Assembly (NCBI RefSeq): GCF_006345805.1
Contig: NC_042998.1
Span: 177,382,001-177,446,000, forward strand
DNA: 64,000 nt
Reading direction: 5' to 3'
Origin: Octopus sinensis
Lineage: Eukaryota
Positions 48,701 through 61,925 of the stretch are shown here, in pieces. Below the pieces are notes generated by a model, which saw only the letters and a list, made by a program, of their open reading frames with translations, ran no database searches and was not told where the DNA came from. The first letter of the stretch is position 1. Each line of letters starts with the position of its first letter. The translations under genes and the position numbers were made by a program.

Positions 48701-51700
48701 AGGCAGCAACACTCCAAAATAACAAGGCTTTTTTTTTTTTTGCAGTATAGAAAATCAACACAGCAAATGTTCAGAAGTCATTGCCAAAACATCTCCATTT
48801 CACAGCTGCTATTCATCCTGACATGATTATGACTAACATAATAAGAAACTTTTTTTTGTGTTTATCATAAAACTATCTCAGAGATCATAGTCATTCCCTA
48901 ATAATCTCAGCTGATGATAAGGAAAATTAAAAGTTTTTTTTTTTTCCCACCAGAAACTGAAGCTTCTATAATACTAAATCATTTTTTAAATTCTGTTTTC
49001 ACAAAAGCCTTGAAATATAAAATTTTCTTGACAAAGAACAAGTCAGTCTGGAGTTTCCTGTCTACATCAGTTCTAAGAAAACTAAAACTAAAGGTCAAGG
49101 TTTTAATTCATTTGTAAGTTGTTTTTATTCTCTGTTAGAAAAATAACATTAGTCAACAATAGTCAAGAGAAAAAATAAGGTCACTACTACACAATGACTA
49201 GTATAACTATTATCCCAGGAAGAAATAATATAGCACTGACCTGCATCAGTAGATCAGTATTCAACAACATTGACAATTGCAAAAACAACAATACTTAACT
49301 AGGCACAAGATAATATACAAAACATATACACATCATACAAAAAATAACATATGAAAAGAAATTCTAATTGAAAATATACTTCTGTGGCAGTTAACATTGC
49401 AACAAAGAGAAAATAGGAGAGACCAGAGAACTGTACAAGTATTTAGTTGTGTTTAGTTATATTATCCCAGATGATCATATCACTGAAGAAATGAATACAA
49501 GGATGGTCAGAATCTGTATTGCTGAACCCTTTATGGCAGCAACAAGCACATATGTCTTGAGACATGACCTGGAAGGGGTGAGGAGTGGCAGCTGACCACC
49601 ACTATATGCAGAGCATAAAGCATAAGTAGTTAAACACCAAGTGAGTAAAGTCAAGGTAAATCAATCTCCAAAACCTGTAGTCTGTTTTAAGCATTATAGC
49701 CTTTGAATTGACAAAACCATATATCACTGTTATTCACTTCCTAAGTTAGCACTCTCAATACTAACCTTCTAGAGATTAGATATATTATCCTATATAGCAC
49801 AACACTTATCTATCTCTCTAACAGTGATCAGACACGAAACTACTTAAACCGTAATACTGTAGCACCTGGTTCATTGTTGAATGGAAACATACATAGTCAG
49901 CCTAACATTGGCTGACAAGAAGAACAGCATTCAGTGAAAAAAAGAACAAAAGCAAAACATAAGCTTAAAAACACCATTAATGAGTCAGTGAATGGATAAT
50001 GTAAAGTATTAGCAGTCAAGATACACAAAAGACTGCCGTGTTGCAAATCTGTTGAGCCCATGTCGATGTGGAAGAAGTGGACAAAAATCCAACAATGATG
50101 ACATTTGATATATCCAATGCATTTTAAATGTATCAGATGCACTGGAGAAATCAACTGCAAGTGAAAGTACAAGAAGACTTCATAGTAAAAGGATAAACTA
50201 AAAAAACATTCAAAAAGAAAATCAGGAACATGTCTCTTTATCAGTCCAAAAATCTCAAGTACACCTATGTTAAAACTAAAAGACTGACACGTAAAGCAAT
50301 TTAACAGATGACCATTTTAAATGCAATAAACTCAATTAGTTACAAAAGCCTTTGTTTCTGTGATTAAGCCATTGTTTGAATATAAGATTTAAGTGAATAA
50401 ATTTTTACCACTGACTTAAGTGGATGTCATAGTTGCCCCAGCTACATCGCAATTTGTGGGTGAACAAAGATCATTCTCAATGAGTGGTCATATTTTTCTA
50501 CTTCTTATAATTCATTTGAAAAATCTTACTGGAATTTCTGTATCTGAACATTGACTGGTTGTTTTCTGATATTTAAGCAGTAGCACTTTACTTTTAAATG
50601 TTCCATTTTCACTAAGTTTGCTTCGAAGTCTAAGTCCTCAATGAAAAGGATAATTTTGAGTAACAAATGCTCTGAACTTCTTTGTTCTGTATTTCAGTAA
50701 CATTCAGGAAGTAATTATTTCATGCAAATGGCTACTTTAAAGAATGCCTCTGTTTGGTCACTTTTTTAAAATATTCAGTTCACTGAATCGATGTAAATAG
50801 TAGACTTGAGTATCTCTTTTTATTTCTTTTTTTACATCATAGACACAATACCATGAGCATTATATTACAATTTAATTTCAATTGGAGTCAGAAACAGCTA
50901 TTGGGTTACTCGGAATAGATACAATTTTACTGACTCTGACTACAGAAACTCAATAATTGCTTGCAAATCTAACTCCACAGCTCCATAACATTATTCCATG
51001 GCTAAAGCAACAAAGAAATGAGATATAAGAGCAGATGCTGAATTGCAGACTTAATCCATGACAACATCAACAATTACAATGATGACGAGCAAACTGTATA
51101 ATTTAGAAAATATTTTAAATTGTCTAAAAACATTTGACTATCATCATTATCATCATTTTGTGCCTATTTTTCCATGCTGTTATGGTTGGACAGATTTTGT
51201 CATTTGTTGCACTTTGCATCAGTTTGCTCTCAACACAACAGAGAAAACTGGCCAAATTTCTTGTTGTGTATATCTTACAATGTAGATTGGATCCATTTTA
51301 TCATACCACTAGCACTACAAAGGTTGCCCCAAACAAGAAGAGTAAATAGGTTCTCTCTATGCTTATATCACTTCTTATTCCGAATTATTACTTTCTAATA
51401 GTTTGTGATATCAATGCTTTACTTGTACATTTCATTTTCAAATGTATAATATATAATTCTCTTAGGGTTTCGAAATTTCTTTATCTTTAGAGCGAAGAGC
51501 ATATGTCTTTAACAACAAACGCACCAAATTGATTTGTTTTTCATAGGTCATCAGACTGTTAACAATTTTGCCAAGTAACTAAATGGTTAAAAGACCACAA
51601 GGTTTTGTTTTGCACAAGTTGTTACATAATTAAGAGACCAAATAGTCCTGTGAACAAGGGGGGGGAAGCTACCTTTTCTGCTGACAAAGCAGTTCAAACA

Positions 51701-52818
51701 ATATCAAACACACAATTTTAACTAACCACAACCTAGCATGACCAAGTTTATGGAGTCGGCTGCAGTCTTCCATTTCTGGAAGTATATATAGTCTAAATAA
51801 TATATCCAATTTTCTTCATTGTTGTACTGAAATGGCATAGATGATGTGTTTACACCAAACAAATAGAGTCAATATTTATATTGAAACTCAAAATAGAAAC
51901 CTAAAAAGAAAAGAGTTCTAATAAAACATGGGATAATTTTTATAATATTCTCAACAGATATGATTTTGTTTACCTAATTACAAAAGAAGGACATTATCAA
52001 AATAAATGAAATGAAATAGTTCTAATTCAGAATTATAAACAAAAATTGAGGCCACACTACCATACAATGCAAAAGTTGTAAGTAATTCATATTTGTGAGT
52101 CAATTAATTGGGAAATCTATGTGTTATCAATAGGGCAGGGATGGTTTATTGTATATGATATGTCAAGTGAATCTAATGACCCACCTCTGAGAATTGCTCT
52201 ACTTGGTAGGAAGTGGGTTTGTGCTACCAACAATATACAAAGTAGTAAACAGATCAGAGGTTACTTAAAACATTTCACAGAAACTCTTAACTAATTGCTA
52301 GGTCTATCCAAATGAGAATTTGAACCTGGTATAGCAAACATTTGAACAAGCACTTGTTAGTTCTATATTGTTATCACTGCTTACAATAACAAATTTACTT
52401 TCTATATAGCAACATTCAACTAGAAAGGTCATCATCTCAAAGTGTTGGTCATATGGATACACTGTAATGATGATGACTCACAGAAACTCCTGAGAGATTT
52501 ACTGGAATGTCCACACCCAAAGAACTTTAAATAACTAATAATATAATAATAATCACTGATGAACAGCATGAAATAGGAAACCTTCTCAAATAAATGATCC
52601 TTCAATAAATCCAGTGCAACATCTAAATAGTTCAAATAGTACAATTGTTAATAGCAAATTCAGTTCACCCCTACAGAGGTATACATATATACAGCAGATT
52701 TCATTTATGTGCACAACTGTGCATATATAAAATTCAGATTCACAAAACAAATGAAAATAGAAAGTCATGAAACTTTTAGTAAAATAGAGACATAGATTCT
52801 AGCTTGTAATCAAACCTA

Positions 52819-53202
52819 CATCATCATCATCATTTAACGTCCGCTTTCCATGCTAGCATGGCTTGGACAATTTGACTGAGGACTGGCAAACCAGATGGCT
52901 GCACCAGGCTCCAATCTGATCTGGCAGAGTTTCTACAGCTAGATGGCCTTTGTAACGCCAACCACTCCGAGAGTGTAATGGGTGTGTTTACGTGCCACCG
53001 GCACAAGGGCCAGTCAGGCAGTACTAGCAACGGCCACGCTCAAATGGTGTTTTTTATGTGCCACCTGTACAGGAGCCAGTCAAGCGGCACTGGCAATGAC
53101 CTCGCTTGAATGCTTTTTCACATGCCACCAGCACAAGTGCCAGTAAGGCAACGCTAGTAACGATCATGCTCGAATGGTGCTTATCATAGAAGATAATTGA
53201 GT
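52819..53202 (-). mobile_element. RTE 3'UTR copy, subfamily with three distinct array spacers
   Basis: Reverse-complement relative of 56212-56598. Confidence 0.88.
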
Positions 53203-54789
53203 TTAACATGTACACTAACACCAACAAGTACAAAAGAACAGCAACTATTACACTTCCATCAAGTTCACAATAGCTGTCTCTGCCTCTGACAATGATTACT
53301 ATGTACTGGCATATAGAAACAACAGACTGCCACACTATACACTATGCAGCTAATCTCTACATGCTTGGGGTGAACACCTTGCTCTGAATATATGCATGCA
53401 AGGTTTACTTGAATCAAGAGTATCGCTTTCTTACCTGCCATATATATGTTCAATTTAAGTTGACCTGGGATTATACAACAACAATCAAAAGTTTAGTGAT
53501 GACACATACACCAATGTTTTAGAGGCCTTCTTTTCATGAACTCACTGGAATAAGTAGAGTTACAGATGTCAGACTTCTGTTTGATTAGTCAATATTACTA
53601 TAATAGTGTTCATATCCAAGGTACTTACTATAACTCATTGCCACTTAGTCTAAGTAAAACCCACCACTGTAAGCAGTATTTTGTGAGCTTGCCTTGGTGC
53701 ATTCTTTTTAAAAGCAACCAAATGTAATCTTCATGTGATATTAAAATCACCAGGATCAGAAGCAGATCAATCAACCCATGTCACTATCAACAACAAAACA
53801 AATAGTCCACTTAGTCTCTATCAAATACCAAAAAGAAAAAGCAGAAACAAAAAAAAATTAAAATTGCAAACTAATGCTGGATTTTTAGTAGATTTTTAAA
53901 GGAAGATGTTACTACTTCATTTTAAATAGGTCAAGCTAAGATCATACTAAAGTTGTGCAGTTGATTAGATTACATACATTTACTGCAACTTAAATAACAT
54001 GTTATAACCGATATTATACATTACTCACCAAGATTTTCATTAAAAATATTTACTACAAACAGATTTATATTAGCTTATGGACATCCAAAATGCAATACAC
54101 TCATATCCCTTATATTGATGTCTATATAGAATATAAAGAAATTGCGTCATAAAGTAATTATAATAGTTACTGAAATTGGACATGAACAGCTCTGCTAGAG
54201 TCATGAATCCTGTCACATGATGTCTTGTCAGCCACTTCATACTGGGACAGATTATTCAACTAATATCCAACATAGTAATGTATCCTATCTCAGTAATGAT
54301 TCCATGAACTATGTTAGGAAGAAATGTTATATGCACTCCATAGTATAACCAGTAACATGGTACCTAATTAGAAATAGCTATGTGGTTCAAGTCCCATCAA
54401 TGAGACTGATTCTCTTGTCTGAAATTTAAGAATATATTTTAATCAGTTAATTCGTAATGATTGAGGTTGTTTCATCTCCAGGGGAGTTTTCCAAATATTC
54501 TAATTACTGGAAGTTGCCTGCCTTCTACTAAAAGGTCACACACACACACATACATATCATCTTCATCATCATTATCCTTTTTAACATCAGATTTTCTATG
54601 CTTGCATGGATCTCATGCTAATTGAGGCAGATTCATGTCAGCAACCATCATCTTTTTTCCAAGCATGGTAATATTTCCCCAAAGCCAGATATGGGGAAAT
54701 ATTTGCAGACTACTGGAAATGAATGACAGTGACACTCATTTACAACTATCATGGGATATCAAAATAAGGAAACACAAATATACACACAT

Positions 54790-55119
54790 AGAAATATAGC
54801 TGTGATACCAGTGCCGGTGGCACATAAGAGAACCATCCAAACATGACCGTTGCCAGCGCCGCCCCAACTGGCCTCTGTGCCAGTGGCACATAAAAAGCAC
54901 CATCCGATCGCGGCCGTTTGCCAACCTCATCTGGCACGTAAAAAGCACCCACTACACTCATAGAGTGGTTGGCGTTAGGAAGGGCATCCAGCTGTAGAAA
55001 CATTGCCAGATCAGATTGGGCCTGGTGCAGCCTTCTGGCTTCCCGGACCCCAGTTGAACCATCCAACCCATGCTAGCATGGAAAGCGGATGCTAAACGAT
55101 GATGATGATGATGATGATG
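54790..55119 (+). mobile_element. RTE 3'UTR copy (3 boxes) with (ATG)n tail
   Basis: Matches the 3'UTR of 2690-5315. Confidence 0.9.
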
Positions 55120-55475
55120 AGAAATGCACAAATATACACAAACTTCTTTGGTTTTTGCCCAAATCTACTCACAGGCTTTGGTCAACTTGGGGCTTTAGTT
55201 GAAAACACCTGCCCAAGGTGTCATACAGTGGGATTTAACATGAAACCATGTGATTGGGAAACAAACTTCTTAACCAGCCATGCCTGTGCTTATATTATAT
55301 AAGTTTGCAACATCATCATCATTTAGCATCCATTTTCCATGCTGGCATGGGTTGGATGGTTTGACAGGAGCTGGCCAAACTCCAGTTGTTTGTTGTGGCA
55401 TGATTTCTACAGCTGGATGCCCTTACTAATGCCAACAACTTTGCAGCGTGTGTGGAGGGTGTTTTATATGTCCCA

Positions 55476-56134
55476 TCATATAAATGACAAGTCTGTGCGT
55501 TTGTGAATTTGTTACTTTAACTCCTCCGAGACTATCCAACAGACCTTGATGAAACTTGACACATGTGAGGAGCTTATGCCCATGTGGTCACTTATGCACT
55601 TGGAATTTTAAAAAAATCGATTTTTAATCACCATCGATCTTTCAAAAATCATAAAATTTCGGCATTTTTCACAATGCCAAAATTTAACGAAAAATGTTTA
55701 ATGGGTATAAACAGATAGCTATTAATGGTAATCTATTTAGCATTTGCTAATTCTTCATTTCAATGCGAACTGTTTTGATTTGCTAAAACTTATTATTTCA
55801 ATTCGTTGTTTCAATTCCCCGGTGTTTCAAGTTCTGATTAGGTAAGACCATTTTATTTCTGAATCAAAATTTAGGCATTTTGCACACTAGCTGTCATGAC
55901 ATCAATTTGACGAAATCTGCCCCAAAGCATAAAATTCCACCATTTTATGCACATGCACAAAAACGATGATGACACAGGTTCGCTACCAGACTCTGCACAT
56001 TTTTGCGTCAAATTTGTCATACCCATTAATACAGGTTTTTGAATTTTTGAAAAATGTCAAAATTTTAGGGAAAATGTTTCATGGCTATAAACAGACATCA
56101 TATTAACAGTAATATTTTTGCCAGGTACTTCAGC

Positions 56135-56137
<3 letters not shown>
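55476..56137 (+). mobile_element. Non-autonomous Helitron-like element
   Basis: 5' A|TCATATAAATGACAAGTCTGTGCGT and a gatgaaacttgacaca motif. The 3' end gccaggtacttcagccac|t is a degenerate CTAG end. Confidence 0.55.
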
Positions 56138-56184
<47 letters not shown>

Positions 56185-56211
56185 AATAAATAAATAAATA
56201 TACATATACAT

Positions 56212-56598
56212 CGTGCCAGTGGCACGTAAAAAGCACCATCTGAGCATGATCATTACCAGCATCAGCTTACTCGCGCTTGTGCTGGTGGCACGTGAAAAAG
56301 ACATTCGAGCAAGGTCGTTGCCAGTGCCACTGGACTGACTCCTGTGCAGGTGGCACACAAAAAGCACCATTTCGAGCAACCACATTGCCAGTAACGCCAG
56401 ACTGGCCCTCATGCCAAGGGCACATAAAAGCACCCACTACACTCTCGGAGTGGTTGGCGCTTGGAAGGCCATCTAGCTGTAGAAACTCTGCCAGATTAGA
56501 TTGAAGCCTGGCGCAGCCATCTGGTTCGCCAGTCCTCAGTCAAATCGTCCAACCCATGCTAGCATGGAAAACGGACGTTAAACAACGATGATGATGAT
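56212..56598 (+). mobile_element. RTE 3'UTR copy (4 boxes) between (TA)n tracts
   Basis: Array, conserved 3' terminus and (ATG)n tail. Confidence 0.9.
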
Positions 56599-56803
56599 AT
56601 ATATATAGGAGAATTCACAAAAATCAAAAGATGAAGACAGATTGTGTAGACAACAAACAGATGTATTAGTTTAATGCTTGGGAAGTTAAGAAGTCTTTAA
56701 CGTTTCGAGCCTACACTCTTCCACAGAAAGGAATACAGAAAGAAACGGGGAGAGAAAATAAAGAATGTGTAGTGGCTTATATATATATATATATATATAT
56801 ATA

Positions 56804-57540
56804 TCATCATCATCATTTAACGCCTGTTTTCCACGCTAGCATAGGTTGGACAGTTCGACCGAGATCTGGAAGCCATGGAGGCTGCACCAGGCTCTAGTTT
56901 GATTTGGCAGTTTTTCTACAGCTAGATGCCCTTCCTAATGCCAACCACTCCGTGAGTGTAGTGGGTGTTTTTTACGTGCCACCGGCACAGGGGCCAGAGC
57001 AGGCTGGCAAATGGCCACAATCAGTTGGTGCTTTTACATGTCACCAACACGGACACCAGCCAGGCGGCGCTGGCATCTGCCACATTCGGACAGTGCTTTT
57101 TACATGTCACCAGCATGGGTGTCTTAACTACAATTTTCCAGTTGAATTTTTATTTTGATGTTGATGTACTTGACTCAATAGGTCTCCTCAAGAACAGCGG
57201 GTCACTCTACGATCCAAGGTAAGCAATCCAAGGTTAGCACAGCATGCCGTCCTGCGAGCCATGAACTCACTTCATTTGTCGGGTCTTCGAAGTCACAGCA
57301 TATCTCGAGAGGTCTCGGTCTTTTGTCATAGCCTCTGTGAAACTCAGAGTACAAAGGTCATGCTTGACCACCTCATCCCATGTCTTCCTGGGTCTATGTC
57401 TACCCCGGATTCCTTCAACAGTTTGGGAGTGGCACTTCTTCACACATCTCTCCTCATCCATCCGTAGCACACGACCATACCAACGCAATCGTCTGTCCTG
57501 CACGCTGCATCCAATGCTTCTTACGCCCAACATTTCTCTC
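56804..57540 (-). mobile_element. RTE 3' fragment (ORF end plus 3'UTR), subfamily shared with 62668-64000
   Basis: RRLRWYGRV...GRHRPRKTWDEVVKHDL and the shared UTR gaggagacctattgagtcaagtacatcaacatc. Confidence 0.9.
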
Positions 57541-57974
57541 AGATATATATATCGGTCTATCTGTCCATCCTGCTACCAACTCATTTATCTATTTACCCAT
57601 CTATCTGCCTACCTATCTACTTTTATATTTATATGTCTACTTTTACACTTCCTTTCCAAAATGTTTTTAAATTTATAAATCTTTAAAACTTTTAAAACAT
57701 TTATATCTATGAACCTTTAAAAAAATCTTATATCCACCAATCTATTACAGAAAACTGTACTCTACTATCTCTATTGTAATCTATATTGTTTCACTTAACT
57801 TTATTTTCTTCCGTTCTCCCACTTCATTATATCTTATCCTGTTTCTTTTTATTTTACCTTATTCTAGTTCTTCTCCTCTTCCTTCCTACCTATACTACTA
57901 ATGGCATTATCCTGTTATCTGACTAAACTCCAGTCCCACGTTGCTCAGATACAGCAACGCATTAATTATATATA

Positions 57975-59868
57975 CAAGGAGGAACCCAAAAGTAACTGGA
58001 AATGCTCTCTGTGGGACAAGGTCACAGTAGTTCAGGCTTTGCCGCTAGAAGCCACTTGATGTAACTCACAGGCATCAGTCTGCCAACAGGCAGTGTTGAG
58101 TGAAGTCGTACTGCCACACGATGCATCTTTGTTTTGCGGTGCTTCTCCTGTGATTGTCAAGTTTTGTGATGGCTAAAACAAAAGAACAGCATGCTTCCAT
58201 GAAATTCTGTTTTCTGCTGGGGAAAACAGCAGCCGAAACAGTTGTCATGCCCCAAACAGTTTACAAGGACACTGCCAAAACAGTTGTTATGCCCCAAACA
58301 GCTTACAAGGACACTGCCAAAACAGATGTTATGCCTCAAACAGCTTACAGGGATGCTGCCAAAACAGCTTACAAGGATGCTGCCATGAGCAAAACACAAG
58401 TTTATGAGTGGTTTTCACACTGTAGGAATTGTCATTTGTCACTTGAGGACCAACCTCTTTCAAGGCTACCATTGACCTCCCAAACAAATGAAAACATCAC
58501 GAAACTTCATGAACTGATCTTAGAGGACCATCACCAAACAACTGACTGGTGTGTCCTGGAGTTCCAGCCAACGAATTTTGAGTGATGAATTGCGAATGAA
58601 AAGAGTTGCAGCAAAATTTAAACCTCGCTGGCTCAAGGAAGATCAAAAGCAGTTACAACTGAATGCATATTGTGAAGTGAAAGAACAGTTGGAAGTTGAT
58701 CTAGACTTTTATTCAAAGGTCATCACTGGTGACAAAAGGTGGTGCTACAATTATGATCTGGAAATGAAGTGGCAATCAAGCCAATAGAAGCATTGAATGT
58801 CATCACGCCCCAAAAAGCATGTCAAGTGAAGTCCAAGTCAAGACAATGCTGATTTGTTCCATCAATGCGAAAGGAATTGTCCACACAAAATTTGTTCCTC
58901 CTGATCAAACTGTTAACCAGACATTTTACTAGGCAGTTCTGAAGCATTTGCAAGATGTGGTGAGATGAAAACACTCCAACCAGTGGCAAAGTGGAGAGTG
59001 GTGGTTTCATCACAACAATGCGCCTGCACACACTGCCAAGAGTGTAAGACAGTTTTTGACTAAAAATGGCATGACCTCACTTACCCACCCAATCTTGCTC
59101 CCTGTGACATTTTTTGTTCCCCAAATGAAAAAAGACCTTAAATGAAAATGTTTTGCAGATGAGGAAGAGGTGAAGAAAAAACAACGGAGGCATTAAAAGG
59201 CATCACTTTCCAAGAGTTCCAAGACTGCTTTGAACAGTGGAAAACACCTCCAGACCAATGAACTGTTTCAAATGGAGAATACTTTGAAGGCAGTAAAAGT
59301 TAAACATGTAATGACATGCATAAGATCTGCTCACCAAATCTAAGTAGAGACTTCAAACTTGAAATCTTCAAAGCCACAGTCGAACCAATTCTACTATATG
59401 GCTCAGAAACCTGGACATTATCAAAGAAGCTTGAGAGGCGGTTGGATGGAACCTACACTCGCCTCCTTATGAGAGCTCAAAATCTCTCGTGGAAGCGCCA
59501 TCCAACTGAAATGCAAATATATGGGAAACTACCACCTGTGTCGTCTCTTGTGAAAGGTAGGAGAGTCCAGTTTGCTGGACATTGTTGTAGGGCTGAAAAA
59601 GAAGTAATTTCTACTCTTCTCCTCTGGAAGCCATCTACTCGCAATACCAGAGGGCGCATACTCTCCTACCCTGATGTAATCTCCAGGGATACAAGCATCC
59701 AGCAACAGGACCTCCGTAATGCCATGATGGACCATGAAGTCTGGCGTAGCATGGTAAATTCCATTGTCTCGACCACGGTCAAACAATGATGATGATGATG
59801 ATAAACATGTAAAATTAAGTGAATAAAATAATATTGCAAAATTTCGGTTTCTTGTGTGTATTCCCTTG
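57975..59868 (+). mobile_element. Mariner (DD34D-type) transposon, inactivated, with a nested RTE
   Basis: TA|CAAGGAGGAACCC start. Peptides KFCFLLGKTAAET, MSKTQVYEWF, MKRVAAKFKPRWL, KVITGDKRWCYNYD, HHNNAPAH. Degenerate right TIR near 59840-59868. Confidence 0.88.
59312..59801 (+). mobile_element. 5'-truncated RTE-clade LINE (second family) with an 11-bp TSD
   Basis: ORF 59316-59789 has ILLYGSETWTL and RRVQFAGHC, followed by a (TGA)n tail. TAAACATGTAA at 59301-59311 and 59802-59812. Confidence 0.92.
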
Positions 59869-60267
59869 TGTGTGTGTGTGTGTGTATAGTCATATAATCC
59901 CTCTGCACTGAGTCCATTCTGCAGAGTGGTTGATGTTAGGAAGGGCATCAGCCATTAAAACCCTTTCAAAACAGACACAGTAGCATAGAGTGGTTTTTCC
60001 ACCTGGCCAACTCCTGTGAACTGTCCTACCCACGCATGCATGGAAGATGATGATAAATCATAAGCATGTACAAAAGACTTCCCATATACACTTACATACA
60101 CACCTGTATACACATACTCACCGGTAAAAACACTTTCATACACACACGCAAATACTCCTATTTTTCTATCTAAACTTTCTTTGGTTATCTAATATATCCT
60201 CTGTATATGTCCAATTGACTTTTGTTGTTTTCTCCTGTCTTCTATTCATGGATTTGCCTTTCATATA

Positions 60268-60795
60268 TTGGGTCATCCCATAAATAATGTGGGTTTTTTT
60301 CAGTTGCATGAACTAAAAGTCTCAGGGGGATAGAATAAACTACTTGCATCAACTTGCTATAAAAGCAGGTAGTAATTTTACCTTGTACTTATTCTTAGTG
60401 CAAGTTTTGAAAAGTGCAGTTCGATTTTAACAGTAATTTTATCAAAGCTATAATGCAAGTGACAAAGGCGCATATTCAACATATTTTGCTTTATGACCTC
60501 AATAAAGGCAACAATGTAATGGAAAGTGCTAGGAATATTAATGCAGTATATGGGGATCGGACAATAAGTAAAAACCAGTATCAAAGGTGGTTCCAGAAAT
60601 TCCAAGCAGGAAACTACAGCCTAGTGGATAGGGAAAGGAGAAACACCAGCATCCCAGGCTAAAGAAGGCTTTCATCCACATAAGGTGTTGTTATCTGTTT
60701 TGGGGGATATGAAAGGTTAAGTCGACTTTGAACTTTTAAACTCAAACCAAACAATAACAAAAGAGATCTATTATAAGCAGCTTGAGTGGCTTAAG
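60268..60795 (+). mobile_element. Internally deleted mariner (second subfamily)
   Basis: TA|TTGGGTCATCCCATAAATAATG start. Peptides HIQHILLYDLNKGNNVMESARNINAVYG and FHPHKVLLSV. Confidence 0.82.
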
Positions 60796-61167
60796 TGGGA
60801 CTGAACCCAGAACCATGTGGTTGGTAAGGAAGCTACTTACAACACAACCATTCCTGCACCTATGTTATTTATTTATTATTTATTTCTATGCAAATGTATG
60901 AAATACAGTAACTACATGATATATGACGCAGCACTGGGATGTTAATGTACTTACTGGAAAGTAATGCTTCATTCTGCCTAAACTCTGAGAGTCACATTTG
61001 ACAAACCCAATGTAAAGATCTGTGAGTTGCAAATGTTACTGGGTGTCTCTTCATTTACCATTTTCAGATCAGCAAGAAGTAAACCAATTCTACAAATGTT
61101 TTCCCAGCACATCACAGCAAACAAGCTCACTAGTACATATCTTATGATATATATTAGACATAATATA

Positions 61168-61509
61168 TGCCAGCGCCGCCTCGACTGGCTTCCGTGTCGG
61201 TGGCACGTAAAAAGCACCATCCGAATCGTGGCCGAAGCCAGTGCCACCTCGACTGGCTTCCGTGCAGGTGGCACGTAAAATGCACCAATCCGACCGTGGC
61301 CGATGCCAGCCTCGCCTGGCACCAGTGCAGGTGGCACGTAAAAAGCACCCACTACACTCACGGAGTGGTTGGCATTAGGAAGGGCATCCAGCTGTAGAAA
61401 CATTGCCAGATAAGACCAGAGCCTGGTGCAGCCTTCTGGCTTCCCAGATCCCCGGTCGAACCGTCCAACCCATGCTAGCATGGAGAACGGACGTTAAATG
61501 ATGATGATG

Positions 61510-61511
<2 letters not shown>
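61168..61511 (+). mobile_element. RTE 3'UTR copy (3 boxes) ending in (TA)n
   Basis: Array, conserved terminus and (ATG)n tail. Confidence 0.9.
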
Positions 61512-61548
<37 letters not shown>

Positions 61549-61717
61549 GAGCTTATTATATATATGTACTTAGGTGCACTATAACTTGTCAGAAAAGACT
61601 AAAAGGAAGGACAGAAAGCAGATGTATATGTCAAATAAAGGAAGACACCAATGAAGGCTAGAAGTACATGCCAGTATACAGAATGAAACGCAAAAATATA
61701 GATAAATGGACATTAAA

Positions 61718-61925
61718 CCCATATATACCCCTGGTTGCATTTTCATAATGCAAAACCTGCTCCCACTTGTTTGAACATGAACTCACCAGGAAGCATTTGA
61801 CTAAAACACACGAAATGTCCAGTAGGTAGTCAACACCTGTAGCTAACAGTTGCATACTTACCATAACATGTAATCTAAATACACTAAAATTTTAAGACTT
61901 CATTTTTTTTATGGGCATATATGGG
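61718..61925. mobile_element. MITE with 13-bp TIRs and TTAAA flanks
   Basis: TTAAA|CCCATATATACCC ... GGGCATATATGGG|TTAAA. Confidence 0.7.

Noticed and set aside
49897-52650. Possible terminal exons of another minus-strand gene (DFSSASDTFKMHWIYQ...YLDC*; LLGKIVNSLMTYEK...ISKP*; VALDLLKDHLFEK)
   Set aside because: No recognisable family and no consistent splice chain. RNA-seq or TBLASTN is needed, so they are not supportable from sequence alone.
53400-53800. LINE endonuclease relic (GDFN-like motif, minus strand)
   Set aside because: A single short motif among many stops is too weak to call.
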